Shown here in pieces: positions 34,946 through 49,000 of a stretch of DNA of 64,000 nucleotides (position 1 is the stretch's first letter; every line of letters starts with the position of its first letter). This DNA is from Yuukianura sp. NJ FZ-2021 (lineage: Eukaryota): assembly GCA_046563655.1 (NCBI GenBank), contig CM102286.1, positions 12,090,001 through 12,154,000 on the forward strand, given 5' to 3'. Position numbers and translations under genes: made by a program. The notes beneath the pieces were generated by a model. That model saw nothing but the letters and a program-made list of their open reading frames with translations. It searched no databases and was not told the DNA's origin.

Positions 34946-35527
34946 TGTATTTTTTGGAGTTTCCTATTTTAATACAAGACAAATCTCAATACTTTTTAAT
35001 TTCATTTATAGTCTTTGTTTAATTTTACTCGAAATTCAACTTAATTTCAAATTCATATTCAACGTTAGTTTAATTTAATCCGATTAAATCTTTTTAAAAT
35101 CAATTACATTCAATTTAATTCAAATAATTCAATTTTATTTTATTTTATTTAATTTGATTCTAGTTGATTCAATTTTATTTGCTAAATTAATTGAAACTAA
35201 TTTTTGTGTAATTTAATTAATTCTATTTGCCCATTTCTGTATTTGCGTCACTTCCGCACTGCAGGTACGACGCCTCTGGTGAGTTCAACTTTTTTGATTA
35301 TGCAAATAAGGAGAAAGCTATAGTTATCTTCAAATGGACACCCATTTTTTTTTTGCAAGTTTTATCTCTCACTTTGAGACTGAGATTTATTAACGTTTGT
35401 TAACTAAAGAGCGAGGTTAGATGAGGCTTTGCTTAACGTTAATGTCTTTTGCTATTAACACATGAGGATGAATCTCTTTGTTTAGTGGACAGTTTAAAGT
35501 ACGGAGGAGGGCAAGAACAAGGGCTTA

Positions 35528-36873
35528 ATGGTTAGCCTCAGTCCCAACGTAAGTACTTTTTTTTTCTAAATGCTTTAAAATTAAATATTTCACTTGTCAA
35601 TGGCAGTTACTTTTCATACTATACTGTGTTCGATTTTTAATCGTTTTGGTTTTATTTCACGTTTTTAGAGCAACAGAATGTCATTCTCACATCCAGACAG
35701 CGATCCGGAGAGCTTACATCAAAATGGAGACACAACTGAAACAAATACGATGCTGGCAGGCTCCGATTTAGACGTTACGAGACTTTTATCATCAAGGGGC
35801 GGATCCGAAGAGGAAACACTTCAAATGCCTTACTCGGGTTTCGTTTTTAAACCAGTCGAAACGATTACTACGAGCATTCTGCTAACGATTTGCGCAGTAA
35901 GTTTCAAAGTTTCTCTAAATGATAAAACACTCATCAATGGTAACAAAATAATATGAGCTGAATTTGTGTCGAAGGTCTCTCTTTTTGTTATCTCCGTTCT
36001 GATGCCAATTGAATGCGAAGTTAGAGAAGCTTGCCACATTACGACATCGTCGATGCTTCTTTACCTACACTGTCTCTTCTGGGGAATCTCTCTGGTAATT
36101 TTTAAAACCTGTTGGAATAAAGTTATAAGGAGCCATAAAAGTTGTGATTTCTTGATTTCTAGATCTGTGACCAAGCAATCCAGTATCAACACATCAAAGT
36201 GCGCAGGCGGGGATATTTAGAATTCTATGCCGAAATGCGTCTTCTCAGCCAGCTTCCTTTCTGGACAATTTCAACTTGTAAACGAAAACGAAACACTTTC
36301 TGGTTCTAACTCTTTAATATGATTAAACTTTTATTTGAACTAGGGAGTACACTACTCTTGTCCGTGTCGACTATACTTCATGACTACTGCAAAGAAAATG
36401 GAAATTGCAGCGTCGCTATTCCGCTCAAGAAATCTGAATACGTTATGCTTTGTATTGGGATCGAATTGGTGATTCTAATTCCAATACTTTTCATCTACCT
36501 TTGTAAGTTACCGAAACCAGTAGCCAAAAACTTGTATTTCTATTTGTAATATTGTATTTTTCAGGCAAAATCTGGAGGTTCAATTCCGCCAAATCATTGC
36601 CTGATGTTCTCCGTCACGACGAAATGACAACTCTGCAGCAGGAATTCAGTCAAAACAGGTTTGAATACAACAATAAGACTAAATCATTACAATTCAGTAC
36701 AATTTTGATGTTCCGAATGTCATTGTAGTTTGGGTCACATCGATGAAGAAATCTACCAGAGACAAGCTGACCTTATACTGTACTACAAAGAGCAAAACGC
36801 AATGCTCAGGAAAACAGTTTTGGATCTGAACCATCAACAATACAACACGAGACGTTGTACTCCTATGGTCTAA
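35528..36873 (+). CDS. TMEM192: Transmembrane protein 192 (lysosomal), 7 exons (35528-35548, 35669-35896, 35975-36094, 36163-36277, 36344-36502, 36565-36658, 36729-36873)
   Basis: MVSLSPN start, FKPVET, four hydrophobic helices, HIKVRRRGYLEFY, KIWRFNSAKSLPDV and the C-terminal coiled coil QADLILYYKEQNAMLRKTVLDL. Introns are GT-AG and in phase. Confidence 0.88.
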
Positions 36874-37183
36874 ATGGCCACTCACAACATAAAGCAACTT
36901 CATTGCTAAGAACGGACAGGAATCAACTATCCATCGGTTTTAGGAAAACATCGAGATTAACGCACCTAATTAGTTTGTTATAGTCCTACGATTTATGTTT
37001 AGAAACTTTAAATTGCTTTTATCTTTTAATTTCTTTTAAAGTCATTTTTATATCTAGCTAGCTAGTTCATTGGAAGGTTAGCACTCACCAAATGCTATTA
37101 AAGCATCGACGAGAAACGAGACGTATGTCGTCAATGGTTTACGTTACTACTACTTCCAGGGAAATAAAGTTCACAACTTCTTA

Positions 37184-39051
37184 TTACTTCAAGTTGAGCA
37201 TGCTCTTGACTGCTCTTACAATGTCGTGAGGTTGCGGTAAGCAGGCCGCTTCAAGTGAACGAGCATAGGGCATTGGAATATCAGCTCCCGTAACACGCAG
37301 TACGGGTGCATCCAGTTGGAAGAACGCATTGCCTGAAAATGTTGAAAGCTTAGTTGGATTCATGCATTCAAAGTCACGAATGCGTTTACTTTACTTACTT
37401 TCACTGATCCGAGCGCTAATCTCTGCACCGATACCGGAGAATGACCATCCTTGTTCTACGCAAACAATGTGATGTGTTTTTGCAAGACTGTTCAAGACGG
37501 TGTCCATATCTGTGAGAAATCGAAATCATAATAAGATATTACCTTAAAATATTGGAATACTTGGCAAGTATTCCTTGAAATGTTATTCAGATCTTAATCG
37601 TTGTGATGGAGTTACCTAAGGGCCTTAGAGTTCGTAAGTTAATTACTTCACAATCAACACCGGAACCTGCTAGTTCCTTTGCAGCGTCTAAGCAGAGTTG
37701 AACTCCCTTTGAGTGGCTAACCAACGTCACGTGAGAACCTAATAAATGTGCAAAAATGTATTAGGAGTTTGGCGTGAGATTTGAATTCATCTTAAATTTG
37801 TAACTTCTTGAATTTAAACGATCATGCTTGCCTTACCTGACTTTTCGATCTTCGCCTTGCCAATAGGTATTATAAAATCTTTGGATTGAGCTTCCGCTGA
37901 CATTTCAAATGGCAATCCATACAGGATTTCATTCTCAAGTACCACAACTGGGTCTGGATCTCTAATGGCTGATTTCAATAATCCCTTAGCATCTTCGGAA
38001 CTCCAAGGAGAGAGTACCTGAATTAAAAAGTTCATTGAGTGTTAATTGATTTCCAAGTTAAATCAAATCAATCAACATTACCTTCAAACCTGGGCAGTGA
38101 CTGTACCAGGCTCCATAACATTGAGAGTGTTGAGCTGCTACACCGGAAGCCGCACCATTCGGGCCTCGAAAGACAATTGGGCAGTTCACCTACAGTAAAT
38201 CAAAGTAAATGGCAAGGTCTTTCTTACATTTAGGAAACGGAAGCCGAAAAGCAGACTTACAGTTCCGGCAGACATATAGAATGTTTTGGCTGCAGAGTTG
38301 ATAATTTGATCGATAGCTTGCATGGCAAAATTAAATGTCATGAATTCACATACAGGGCGAAGACCTGCCTAAAAACCAAAAGACAGTTGGTTAGGATATC
38401 TTATTGTATTAATTTATTAACGAAAGAGCAAAGTAGCACAGTCTACTCCAAGTGATTCCTTACCATTGCAGATCCCACAGCGATTCCAGTAAATCCCATT
38501 TCGGCAATAGGTGTATCTATAACTCGTTTGTCTCCATACTTCTTCCAAAGACCACGCGAGACCTGTCATAAAACATTATGTCAGATTAAGACGACGTTAT
38601 GCATAATGCTTATAACGATTATGAAGGGATATCGTGCGTGTGTGCATTTAGCCTAGTTACTTTATAGGCGCCATCATACTGAGCCACTTCTTCGCCCATG
38701 ATTAAAACTCTGCCATCCCTCTCCATTTCTTCGTCCAACGCCTCGTTGAGGGCATCTCGAACAGTGACCTAACACATCAATTTAAAAAAAAAGGTAAGTC
38801 ATACGTTTCAAAATCATAATTTAATAAACTATAAGCGTATCATTTACCTGTTTCGCTAATGCTGAAGAAATGGAAAAATTCCTGCCGAAAACTTGAGAGA
38901 CCCTCTGCAATAACCAAAATAAGATTCAGAATCAATCGGTGTCCGTTTATCTCTATACAAATGACATGCGCAAATACATACAACCCACTACTATCCCCAG
39001 CGCCAGCAATACCTGGATATGACCACGTCCATTAATCGCTGACTTCAACAT
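37184..39051 (-). CDS. PDHB: Pyruvate dehydrogenase E1 subunit beta, mitochondrial, 10 exons
   Basis: Presequence [27 protein letters not shown], then [101 protein letters not shown]. Stop at 37184-37186. Confidence 0.97.
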
Positions 39052-42000
39052 GTTTAACTTCAAGTAGACGATTGTCGACCGCGCCTAGGTTATGATGAAT
39101 TGATTAAAACAGATCGACGACAGCGATTTTGATTAGATTTGACCCCGTTTTCTTCGTGGCTAATGCAGGTCCTACGATACGCCAAACTCCTTTATTGCTA
39201 TCGTGCCGTCGGCAAACCTAATACCGTGTGAACCACTTACCGATCAGCTGAAGAGCAGCAGACGGACAGGTGACTACAAATTACAGTATTTTTGACAATG
39301 AACATTCAGCGACCTAATGACGTGTTGGCCAAGAGTACACGCACTCATCACCATGCACCCACTAAGCACATATGGGAACTCCTATTTAGTGTTGGGCAAA
39401 TTTATTTTTACAAATCAACTATAAATTAAACCGTGCGTACTTGTTAATTAGCACTTAACTATGATTCATGGTAATTATGATGCGCTTTAATTACTTCTGA
39501 GGAAATTTGAACGTGAAACTGAACTACTGGCTAAACCTTTTGCAACTGCATAATCGATGTAAATGAAAATTCGGTTTTCGAAGGTAAGTATTGCTTTCTC
39601 CATCATCCTAAAAACTTTCTCCACAGACACTTTCTCTACACGTCAATTCTTAAGTTGTTTATCGTTGGAAAGCTTAACTTTTATGTCAAGGACTAACAGT
39701 AGATACTTTTCACTTCACCAAACTGAATATTTTAAATGGTTGGTTTAGTTCAAAATTTTGGTTTTGCGTCAGAAAAAATATACACAGTGGTCCTTATTTC
39801 AATGTACTATTTCTTCTAGTAGTACAATGCTTCCCAACAAAATTGGCTTAGGTGATATAGCTTCAGTTCAGCATTAAAGTTGAAAAAATTTTGGCATTCT
39901 AGACAAAATTGCCCTTGGAAAAAAGCTGTTCGCGTGCACTCATGAAGTGGAACACCGAAGTCTGGCTAAAAATCTTTCAGACTTGTTAAACGGCTGTGAC
40001 AACCTAACCATGTCTTTATGAGAATAAAAACATTGACTCTGATTCATGCGAAAAGTAAATTTGCTTTCTCTTTGTCTCCCACGCAGCTTCCTCGCAGCGT
40101 TTTTATTGAAATTGTTAACCAAACGGCTGAAAATGCTCCTTCCTTGTATTAGATTCTGCCTCTTGAAAAGCTCCCGGAAGTTTCAGTTATATTTAGCATT
40201 TTGCACAAAAGGAAGATCCCGTTGTCGGAAATTTATTCAAATAGAGTCCTCCAGGCATCGTATCGCAGTACTTACTGACGTGTAAGCTTCCCCAAACAAA
40301 TATTTGCCTACTTCACTCACTCCCGTGCACTACGTTTGTATGAACAGAAGCTTTCCAGAGAAAAATAATAAGCAACTCCAGATTTTTGTGTCAACTTTGT
40401 TCCATTTCATAGTCTACTTTCTGTAACATACAATTCTGAAACGGAAACATTAAAAGCATGTTTACAATACGACACAAATGTTCTCTCCAAAGCCCAATTA
40501 ATCATGTCATAGTCAAAGTCAAGTTAAAAAGTCGTTTTTTTTTTCTAAAAACACGGTTTCTCCAAAAACACAAAAAAAAAACCCACACAAAAAAAACATA
40601 AAAAAAAAGAAGACGATAACATCCGCTAAACACCCATCGCGAAAATGCCAAATTTACTTTTTCAATTGTTTAAGTTTGAAATTGAACGTTAATTTCATGT
40701 CATTGTCATTCAAACAACAGAATCTCGAAACTTCTTCAAAGTGAAGCAATGACTTCGCTGTACTTTTGTTAAGCTTGAAATATGAAGCTTTTACCGTATA
40801 GCTTGAAGAAAAACCACACGCATGCCCTCTGAGTTTTTAGAAATTTTGATTAGCTTGCATTCCTATACTACTTTTAAAAAATTAGCTCAAAAGAAGTGCT
40901 TGTTTGAGTTTTTGTAGTTGTTTGTTTTTCGTTTTCAAAGAAGGAAACAATGAGTCAATGACCGTGCAACGGTTTCAAATTACAACAAAAGAGTGTATTC
41001 GCTTTTGAAAAAGAGGCGCTGAAAATTTTGAAACACTACTACTGTGGGGCATGACCCCTCGTTTCAGATTACTACAATTGAATAATTTGATATCCCATTG
41101 AGCACGAATAAGTTGGAAAAGTGTGTTTAGTATTCCCCGGAGATTCAACTTTTGTTATACAAAAGCCTTCCGAAAAAAAAATGCTGGATATGGTGCAGCT
41201 TTAGTTAGCAATGTCTGGATTCTTGCACAGCGGAAAAGGCGTTATAAAACCGTTGACCACAATTTCATGTTGATATGTCATGCAGAAATGAATGAATTCC
41301 GTACTTCAAACACGCACTTGTCTCATCAACACATTAAATTTCATTGTTGTGAAGTCGTGACTCGCTGTTAACTTTAATTCCAATTCCAGCGTCTATTGCC
41401 TATAGCATACAAAACGTGTGGACCAAATAAGAGAAAAAATTGCTCTAGAAATTATACATTTTTTCTAACTCTTTAGCTATAAATGTCCCGCTGGTCCGTT
41501 TCCGTCATTTGATGAAATTTTGAGCAAATTCACAACTTTGAAAATGAAAAAACGTTAAAATTTTTTACCTGATTTAAAATCTGAAATTCAAGGACGTGGT
41601 TTTTTCATGCTTAGAACTTTTTTGCTCATTCGAACCAGGAAATGAGTTTTTAATTTAAAATAAATTTGTGATTTGGTTCAATAATGGAAAAGTAAGTGCA
41701 TATCAAGTTCCGCTTTTACGTAAAGTTTGTAACTTCAAAAGAATACAAAATCCTGTTCCAACATCAAAGTAACTCAACTTCACACAAAACTACAAATGTC
41801 TGATTAATTAGCAGATTATTAATTGATGAAGAGATGGTCTACCTTTACCACACATACTGTAGAACAGGAGAGTTCGTGAGGAAAACTTAACAAATAATCA
41901 AGGACGACCAATTTCAAGTTAAACTGCTTCATAAAAACCTTTTAATGACTACTTTCATTTATATGCTTTTAGATTTCAATAGTTTCCTGTACTTACTTTA

Positions 42001-45000
42001 GTTCTTTCTCTCATGTTGATTCAAAAACCTCATGCTAAATTTAGCTTTTATACTGTTGTCTTTTTCAGCGCAAGGTTTGTTGACTTTAATTTTCTTTAAC
42101 AGGTTGGTAATACCTCATGTTTCTCCGATTTTACAAGAAAAAGTGTATTTTCATTTCAGGCCATTCTTGTCGTACCAATACACCGGATTTTTTAAATTTT
42201 GCATACGAATTGGTACCAATTTTTTCGATTTGTACCAATTGGTACTAATTCTTTGTTTTTTCGTTGTTTTTTTTTTCAACAAGCGAGGTATTACCCAACG
42301 TGTTAAAGAAAATTTATTTTTTGTTGTCAAGAAACCTTGCTTCCTCGTGACTCTAGACTTGATGATGTATTTTGGAAAATAAACTTTAGAATGAAAACGA
42401 AACATGATTCTAGAAGCATCAAGCACTGTCACGTGGATACACTGGACTAACGAAGGTCAAAAGCTGTTTAAGGTGGCTACAACATTTAGTGCAGCGTTGG
42501 TATAAAACGACTATAAAAACCTATGGTCGTTATATTTTTTTTTTTGGAAAATGGTCTATAAAAATCTAGGCAATTTAGACGAGAAGTGGGAGATTGGTAA
42601 TGGTAATGGCATGACACGAACTTATATACCATCAGCAGTACTTTTTATATACTAACATTTTCCAAAGTTTCCATAATGATCTCATGCACGGCTATTTTGA
42701 ACGTTGAAGTTCCTGTATTACCTTACCTTTCCTTTTTGCAAACAGCATTAGTCGTTTTATGCCAAAGTCCAAAATCCTATAGACGTTGGCTAAACTTTTT
42801 TTCTGTCTAGAAAAGTCAAAGTACCCTTAACATTTGTTTCAAAAATTTTTTTGTTCCAACTTGGAAATCAAGATATCCTGCTTAAGCCTTTCCTTTTTCT
42901 TTTGAAAAGCTGGAAAGGTAAGAAGAGAGCCACTTTCTCTCGTGCCTTTCCAAATATCAAGACATATGTATAGATTTTTGGCAGAGGACCAACTTCCAGT
43001 AACTACTCACAGAGAAAGCAAAGGTTTTAGGCTTAAGCGAAACCTCTACTGTTGCTGCTCGTGCTGCTTATGATGTTGGCGCTGGGCTGGAGAAAGTCTT
43101 AGCGATCGATTTTCTGTGCTTTCTGTCTGTGCAAAGCCCAAGCCATTGCTAACTATGATGCCCAAGGAGATCCCTTCGCCTTTCCTTTCCTTCAAGGGAA
43201 CCTTTCTGCTCAGCCCTGCTCTGCAGTAGTCAGCTTGGCGAAATTTTCGGACTCTCACGGCCGGAAATTTCTGAACGTAAGAATCCTCTAGACGGTGAAC
43301 GGTGATTTATTGACGGGCAAAACTTAGCTTCCGAATGTATGGAGATAGATGGAGATAGGAGGCCTTATTTTTGAAAATAATTGTTTATACTTTGCTGGTA
43401 CTTTATGTTTTTGTCAGTCCGTGCACGAGCGTCCTGGTACGACTTGGCACAGCTTTCCGTTTGGTGAAAGTACCCTACACAGTCCTCCTCTCTGGTTGGA
43501 CTTGTCGTGGACTGCCATGCGTCTTGAGTTTCAAAAGTTTTTTGGAATTGGAGCCAGGAAAAGTGCCCTTCTTGCCCTGCCTCAAAAACCTTTTCCATAA
43601 GACTTTACAGTATACGAGAATACTTTTTAGGAAAAAGTGGGAACATTTCAAACAACCAGTAGTTTCCCTCCAGAGGCAAAGCAGACTGGTTAGATACAGA
43701 AAACCCAGCGTTCAAAAGCGGAGTTCCAGTGCACAAAAGGGCTGGAGAAAGTCCGAATCCTGAATAACGTAGCGTGTAGCGGCGGCCACTCTGTGGAGAA
43801 AAGCCTTTTAACCCTCCTTCTTTGACCGTGTATCATTTTCAATTGACTTGAAAACCCAAACTTCAACGAGCTCCGGAATCAATCAATAGAAAATCTGACT
43901 TTCTCCGAACTTTCGCTGCTCACTTTTCCTCTTGTAGCTTTTCAAGGAAAATCCTGTCTTTTCCGGCTTCCAATTTTTTGAAACCCGGCGCAAGAATTTG
44001 GAGAAAAGAAGAATTTCGAAGAAAAAAGTTAAAGAAAAAAAAAGAAGTCGAAATTTACACAGAACTGACAGAGGGAGTAACTTTTTTGGAGGAGAAAATA
44101 TTACTTCTGACTTTCTCCGAGTCTTTTTCCGGATCCTAAAAGTGAAACTTCAGCATAACCGAGAGAAGGGAGCTTAATCTCTTCAAAATTCAGAAAACCA
44201 AGAAAGAATTCAAGAAGTGCTGGCGAATGCTAACGCTTTTGCTGCTCCTCCTACACCCTGCAAAAAATTTTGCACACAAGAGCTCGAGCCAAAACGCCAC
44301 ACCACAAATCGACTTCGTTCTCTGCTCCCTCCAGAGAAGAACTTAGCACAAATTCCGGTTCAGTTTGTATACAGAGCTAACGCCCAGCAGAACCAACATA
44401 TCCATAACCTCTGCTCCTCCGGTGGCGCTTTTCCGAAATTTTGAGCTAAATTTGTGCAATATCAAAAAGAAAACAGAAACTGCAACAACATTTTGCCTGG
44501 CGTGTGAAGCTTGATTGCAGGAGTGAGTCCAAATTGAACCAAATTTACGTCTTCTCGAACAGCCATTAAACTTGAACTGTACAGATCATCATCATCAACT
44601 ACTACCACAATCCAGAATTGGAACTCTTGAGAGTTAAGCTTCGGCAGAACGCCTCCACTTCGCAAAAAAAGTAAAGTGTCTATTTTATTTGCTTTTGTTG
44701 ATAGGGACAATAAGTGTACCATTATCCATTCACTCCCAGTTCCAACACTTACCAGTTCTGTACGTAGTACTAAGCATCAAAACACAATGGACTTGAACAG
44801 GATGAAGATTTAACTGAGGGTTACCCTAACTTACTGCTGGAATACTTAGGCTAATGGTTATAAACACTATTAGTCACAACGACTTTGAATCAACAACCCT
44901 CCAGAACCAGTTAGCTGTCATCTCAATCCAGTATCAACTTAAATTTCAAAAAAACAACTTCGAATAACCTGTCGAGCTGCATCTTTCTTTTGGAGCAAGC

Positions 45001-46062
45001 CACAGTGTTTTATATCTTTTTTGAAAAAAAAATTTAAGCAATCTGTCAATGTTCGACACAAGACGAATTGTTGTCTCAAGTGATTTTGAAAACCTGTCAA
45101 AACTGATTTCTGCAACCGAAACGCAAAAAGTTAGAAAAAATTGTCAAAAGTGAAATCAGGATTAACGAAGATCAGAATTTGGAAAAAAAAATTGTCAACA
45201 GCAAACATTTGCCTAATCAAAATCGGAATTCTCCAAAAATTGAAATCTTGATTAAAGAAGATCAAAAGTTTCGAAAACCAAAAGAAGAACCCAAATTTGG
45301 TGCTTGCGTCATTTGGAAGAGGAAAAATTCAGGAAATGAAGATGAAATTCAAGTAACACAAAAAACTTATAGTGTGTTTTTGTTTCAAAAAAGTTAAAGA
45401 AAAAATCTGCTCATCATGATTTCACGCCTGTCAGATCCAGGTTATCAATTCCATAGGAAAAGGCCACTTTTCAGCCATTTATTCGCCGTGAACCACCGTA
45501 AAAGGCATTACCATCACTGTCTCGTTCGACAGCCTTCAGTCTAAAAAGTTTTTTTCGGGGAGTTCCTTGCAAAGTGAAAGAGAATACCCGGGTATCTTAG
45601 ACAGCCAAGGAATCAGTTACTTTAGTGTGATAGAATCGGATCACTTGTCACTCCATTTCTCTGTAGAAGACAAAAGAGAAAATAATGAGCTACTTGGAAC
45701 AGCTACTAACAAAACCTACAATGACGATGGTAAAAGTGGATAACAAAAGCGGACTTTCTTCGAGAAAAGTCAGAGAAAACTGTACTTGAGTAGTCTTGAA
45801 AGTTAATTAATTAGGTTGGTAACACACCAGTGCGGTGAACTAACCAGAGAAGAAGTGCTTCCTTATATTACCGGTTTCACTGGAACTCTTTAAGAGTGTT
45901 GGTGGGAATAATTGCCATTGTGGATTTGCGGTTAATTTTGAAACTGAAGGTTTTGAAATTTCGAAAAAAGGAGTTCTGAAACTCTGCGTATAGTGTGGTT
46001 TGAAATTGGAATTGAAAGTGTGAAATGATGGGAGGCATAGGTAGTGGTCTGGACTTGACAAA

Positions 46063-49000
46063 ATGAGCAACGACAGCCTCCTTACGTTGACAACTGAAGT
46101 ATTATTTCCTTCAGTCGACTCTGAACTGGAGAATGAAACGACGATGGCTACTCCAAAAATGGGGTCAATTGAACGGTCGCTAGCAACGGAAGATGAAGAT
46201 AACCAAGCACTTGATGTAAGTTCAGAATTTTTGAACTCGTATGATCAAATATAATCATAATATAATCTTTCTAGTATATAAAATCTTTCTAGAAAAACCA
46301 TAAACACTGGTCCTATTTTTTGTTTTGTTTTGAAACATGGCATGACCGAATCCGTAATTGTCGTTTTCTGGCCGTTTTCTAGGTCAAATCAATTTAGCAC
46401 AATTTCAACCTTACCATTTTGAATTTAGAACAAACGTAAAATTACTGTGTCCACTTTTGACAAGGAAAAGTAAAAGGTGGAAAAATCAAATTCAAATCGC
46501 GACTCCTCTCAGTGAGGGATAAAAGGCATTAGAAATTAGATGTTTTTCTATCTCGAATTTTTTTTTATTTTGCACTGAAAGGTGAATTACCGCCTCCTAA
46601 ATTTTTCGCTTGTGACTACATACAATATTTGCATTGTATTGGCGTGCAAATTGTTAGCCAACTTCAGCACAACACTTCGATAAGTTTTGCGTTTGACAAA
46701 AATAAAAAGCGGTATTAGTTTTATGTTGTTTAACTCTCTAAACCCAAAATCTTCTCATGAATTTTTGAAATTTAAACGTTATAGAAGACGTATAGACAAC
46801 TTTGACATAACATTTCACTTTTATGCAGAAACTTTTGTGAAGTTCCATGGAACAATTTAGAAGAAAAGATAATAGAACAAGTGCAAAAAAGCCATAGGCC
46901 ATAGTCAAGGTTTCATTTTTAACAAAAACAAGAGCATGTTGTTTAAACACATTTGAAAACACGGGTATGCTCTGCTTAGATAAACATTTTGCGTAGGGTG
47001 ACCTTAAACTCAAGTTGAAGTTGACCTTTGAGTCAAGTATCAAGGAGTGTTTGTTGCTTTTCCTTTTTCAAACGTCGACTCACTCTCAAAGTAAATCTTT
47101 CATATTCTTAAACTTACACTTTCTCAAGAGTAAGTGAACATTTACATTTAATAACAAATTCAGACTTACAAGATGAACACATTTCTAATTTCTCAAGTTT
47201 TTTTTTTGCAAAGAATTAAAACAAAATCTAAACTTAAAAACTTTTGGTGGACCAAACGAATTGGGGGAATTCTTGCTAGTGGAAAATTCAAAGCATTTAA
47301 CAAAGACATCAAAATTATTTTTTGAGCTGACAAAAAAACTTTCGGATTATTGTGTAATCCTTGCACAAGAATTAAAGTAACACGCGCGTCTAGTTTACGC
47401 TGAAATTAATTACGCCAAATTAAACCTAAGTTTACTTTACTGGAATTATTTCATTTCCAATTGCGAAGCGAAGAGCTGTTTAGAAAAAAAAAGGATTGCG
47501 GTTTTCCTCTGACTTGCAAGTTGCAGTTCTTTCTACTCTTGTTGACTAAAGCTAGAGAATCTAGTATTAAAATTTTAATTAACTAAGAACATGACGAATC
47601 AACGGAAGTTTTTAACAACCTTCCAGGAGATCCAAAAAATGAAAAGCAAAGCCCGGATGATTTTGAAAACAGAGTCTGAGCCTATGATATTTCAAAGTTT
47701 TGAAGTTGGAGGGAAAGGCTTAGCTTTTCAGTCTCTAAGCACCTTTTGGATTCGCGGAAATTTTGAAAAACTGTGTGCGTCAGATCTGTTCTAAAAATTA
47801 TCTTTGTGCACCTTGCTCATATTCATCATATTTTTTCTATTCCCAAGAGACAGTGTTGTGACATAACAAAATCAGGTCTCAGCATACTTCCAAAAAAAAA
47901 TTCCAATTTTAACTTTTGAAATTGGCAAATGACTTGACTTTAGGCTAAAGTTAAAAAAAAGTCTATAAATAAAATTTCAGGCACCTCCATGTTTTTCAAA
48001 AATAGCGTTTTTAAAAATAAGCAACCGAACTTCTGTAATTTATAATTTTGATATTTTTTAATGAATGGGGCATTTAAGGGGGAGAGAGCGTGCGACGTGT
48101 TCTAAAAATAAAGTTTTTAAAAACTTTACGTTTTTTAAAATGACACAAAAGCCTCCTGTTCATTTCCATCCTAATGATGGGCTCTTTTTTAAAAATAAAA
48201 AAAGAGATTCATCATAAACGCCTCGGCTTTACGTAGGTAAACTCCTTTTGGCGGCCATATTATTTTGGCACTTCAAAATCCATCTGTCTCCAAGGACACT
48301 TCAAACGTTCCCTTCTATTCAAAGGGCACGAGTGAAGTTTCTTATAAAAAAAAGTCCAAACCCTGAATGGTTTTGGTCCTCGTTTTTCGAAAATTGAAAA
48401 CCCAATTCCGCTTCTTGTTGAAATGGGAAAAGCAGCTTATGAGCCCCCCGTGCTTCGATCGCTGCAGAAAAAAATTGAGACGGAGCAAGAGTTATATCAA
48501 ATCAGACTTCGTCATTATTACTTTCACCAACAAATCGAAATTGGGAAAAGACTCCTGGAGGCTCTACCTAGAAGATGGAACTTTGAACTCCCCAAAGGCA
48601 CAGGAAAAGAAATAGGTTTAGGTTGTTAGGTTAAAGTTAGGTTAGGGTTAGGCTACCTTTCTCCTGAGGCTGCCCATTAGCCCCCCTTCAGCCTTTCTCT
48701 CCTGCCCAGTACAAGGTTGTTGGCTAGGCGTTTGGTTTAGAAAGAATGGAGAAAGGTAATGAATTTCCCGAGGTGAGGAATCTGTCATCATCATCGTTCA
48801 GAGCGCCGTGGCCACACTCCGCCGTGGTGTTAAGAGAGATTGAGTACTTTATGGAGAGACAACCGGAACAATGGGATCACATTCCAAATGATTCTGAAGC
48901 TTTTTGCTTTTGGCGCTTCGGAAAGTGAGTGAAATCAATCCAAGTCTTTCTCGCTTTCTCTACTTTCACCAAACCTTTTCAATTCTCAAACAAAAGGCTA

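Larger units (their letters stand above)
28042..35339. mobile_element. 7.3-kb non-coding foldback element (giant palindrome with internal satellite arrays)
   Basis: Terminal inverted motif TTGGAGATATCTATAGCTTTCTCC (28048-28071) vs GGAGAAAGCTATAGTTATCTTCAA (35310-35333); ATGGGCA occurs 99 nt inside both ends; symmetry centre at 31643-31647; ACCCAT direct repeat at 28036-41 and 35340-45. Superfamily not assigned. Confidence 0.8.

Noticed and set aside
28042..35339. Polinton/Maverick assignment from the 6-bp direct repeat and long inverted arms
   Set aside because: No AG...CT termini and no polB, integrase or capsid remnants; left unclassified.
28042..35339. Whole palindrome as a pure assembly or fold-back artefact
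   Set aside because: The outer arms differ in variants, copy number and higher-order period. An artefact cannot be fully excluded for the near-identical core without reads.
43046..43763. Overlapping ORFs of 70-130 aa upstream of the receptor
   Set aside because: No recognisable motifs or splice-consistent structure; probably chance.
48612..48653. TTAGG telomere-like run (also scattered TAACC motifs elsewhere)
   Set aside because: Short and degenerate; such motifs recur inside local repeats and do not indicate a telomere or fusion site.
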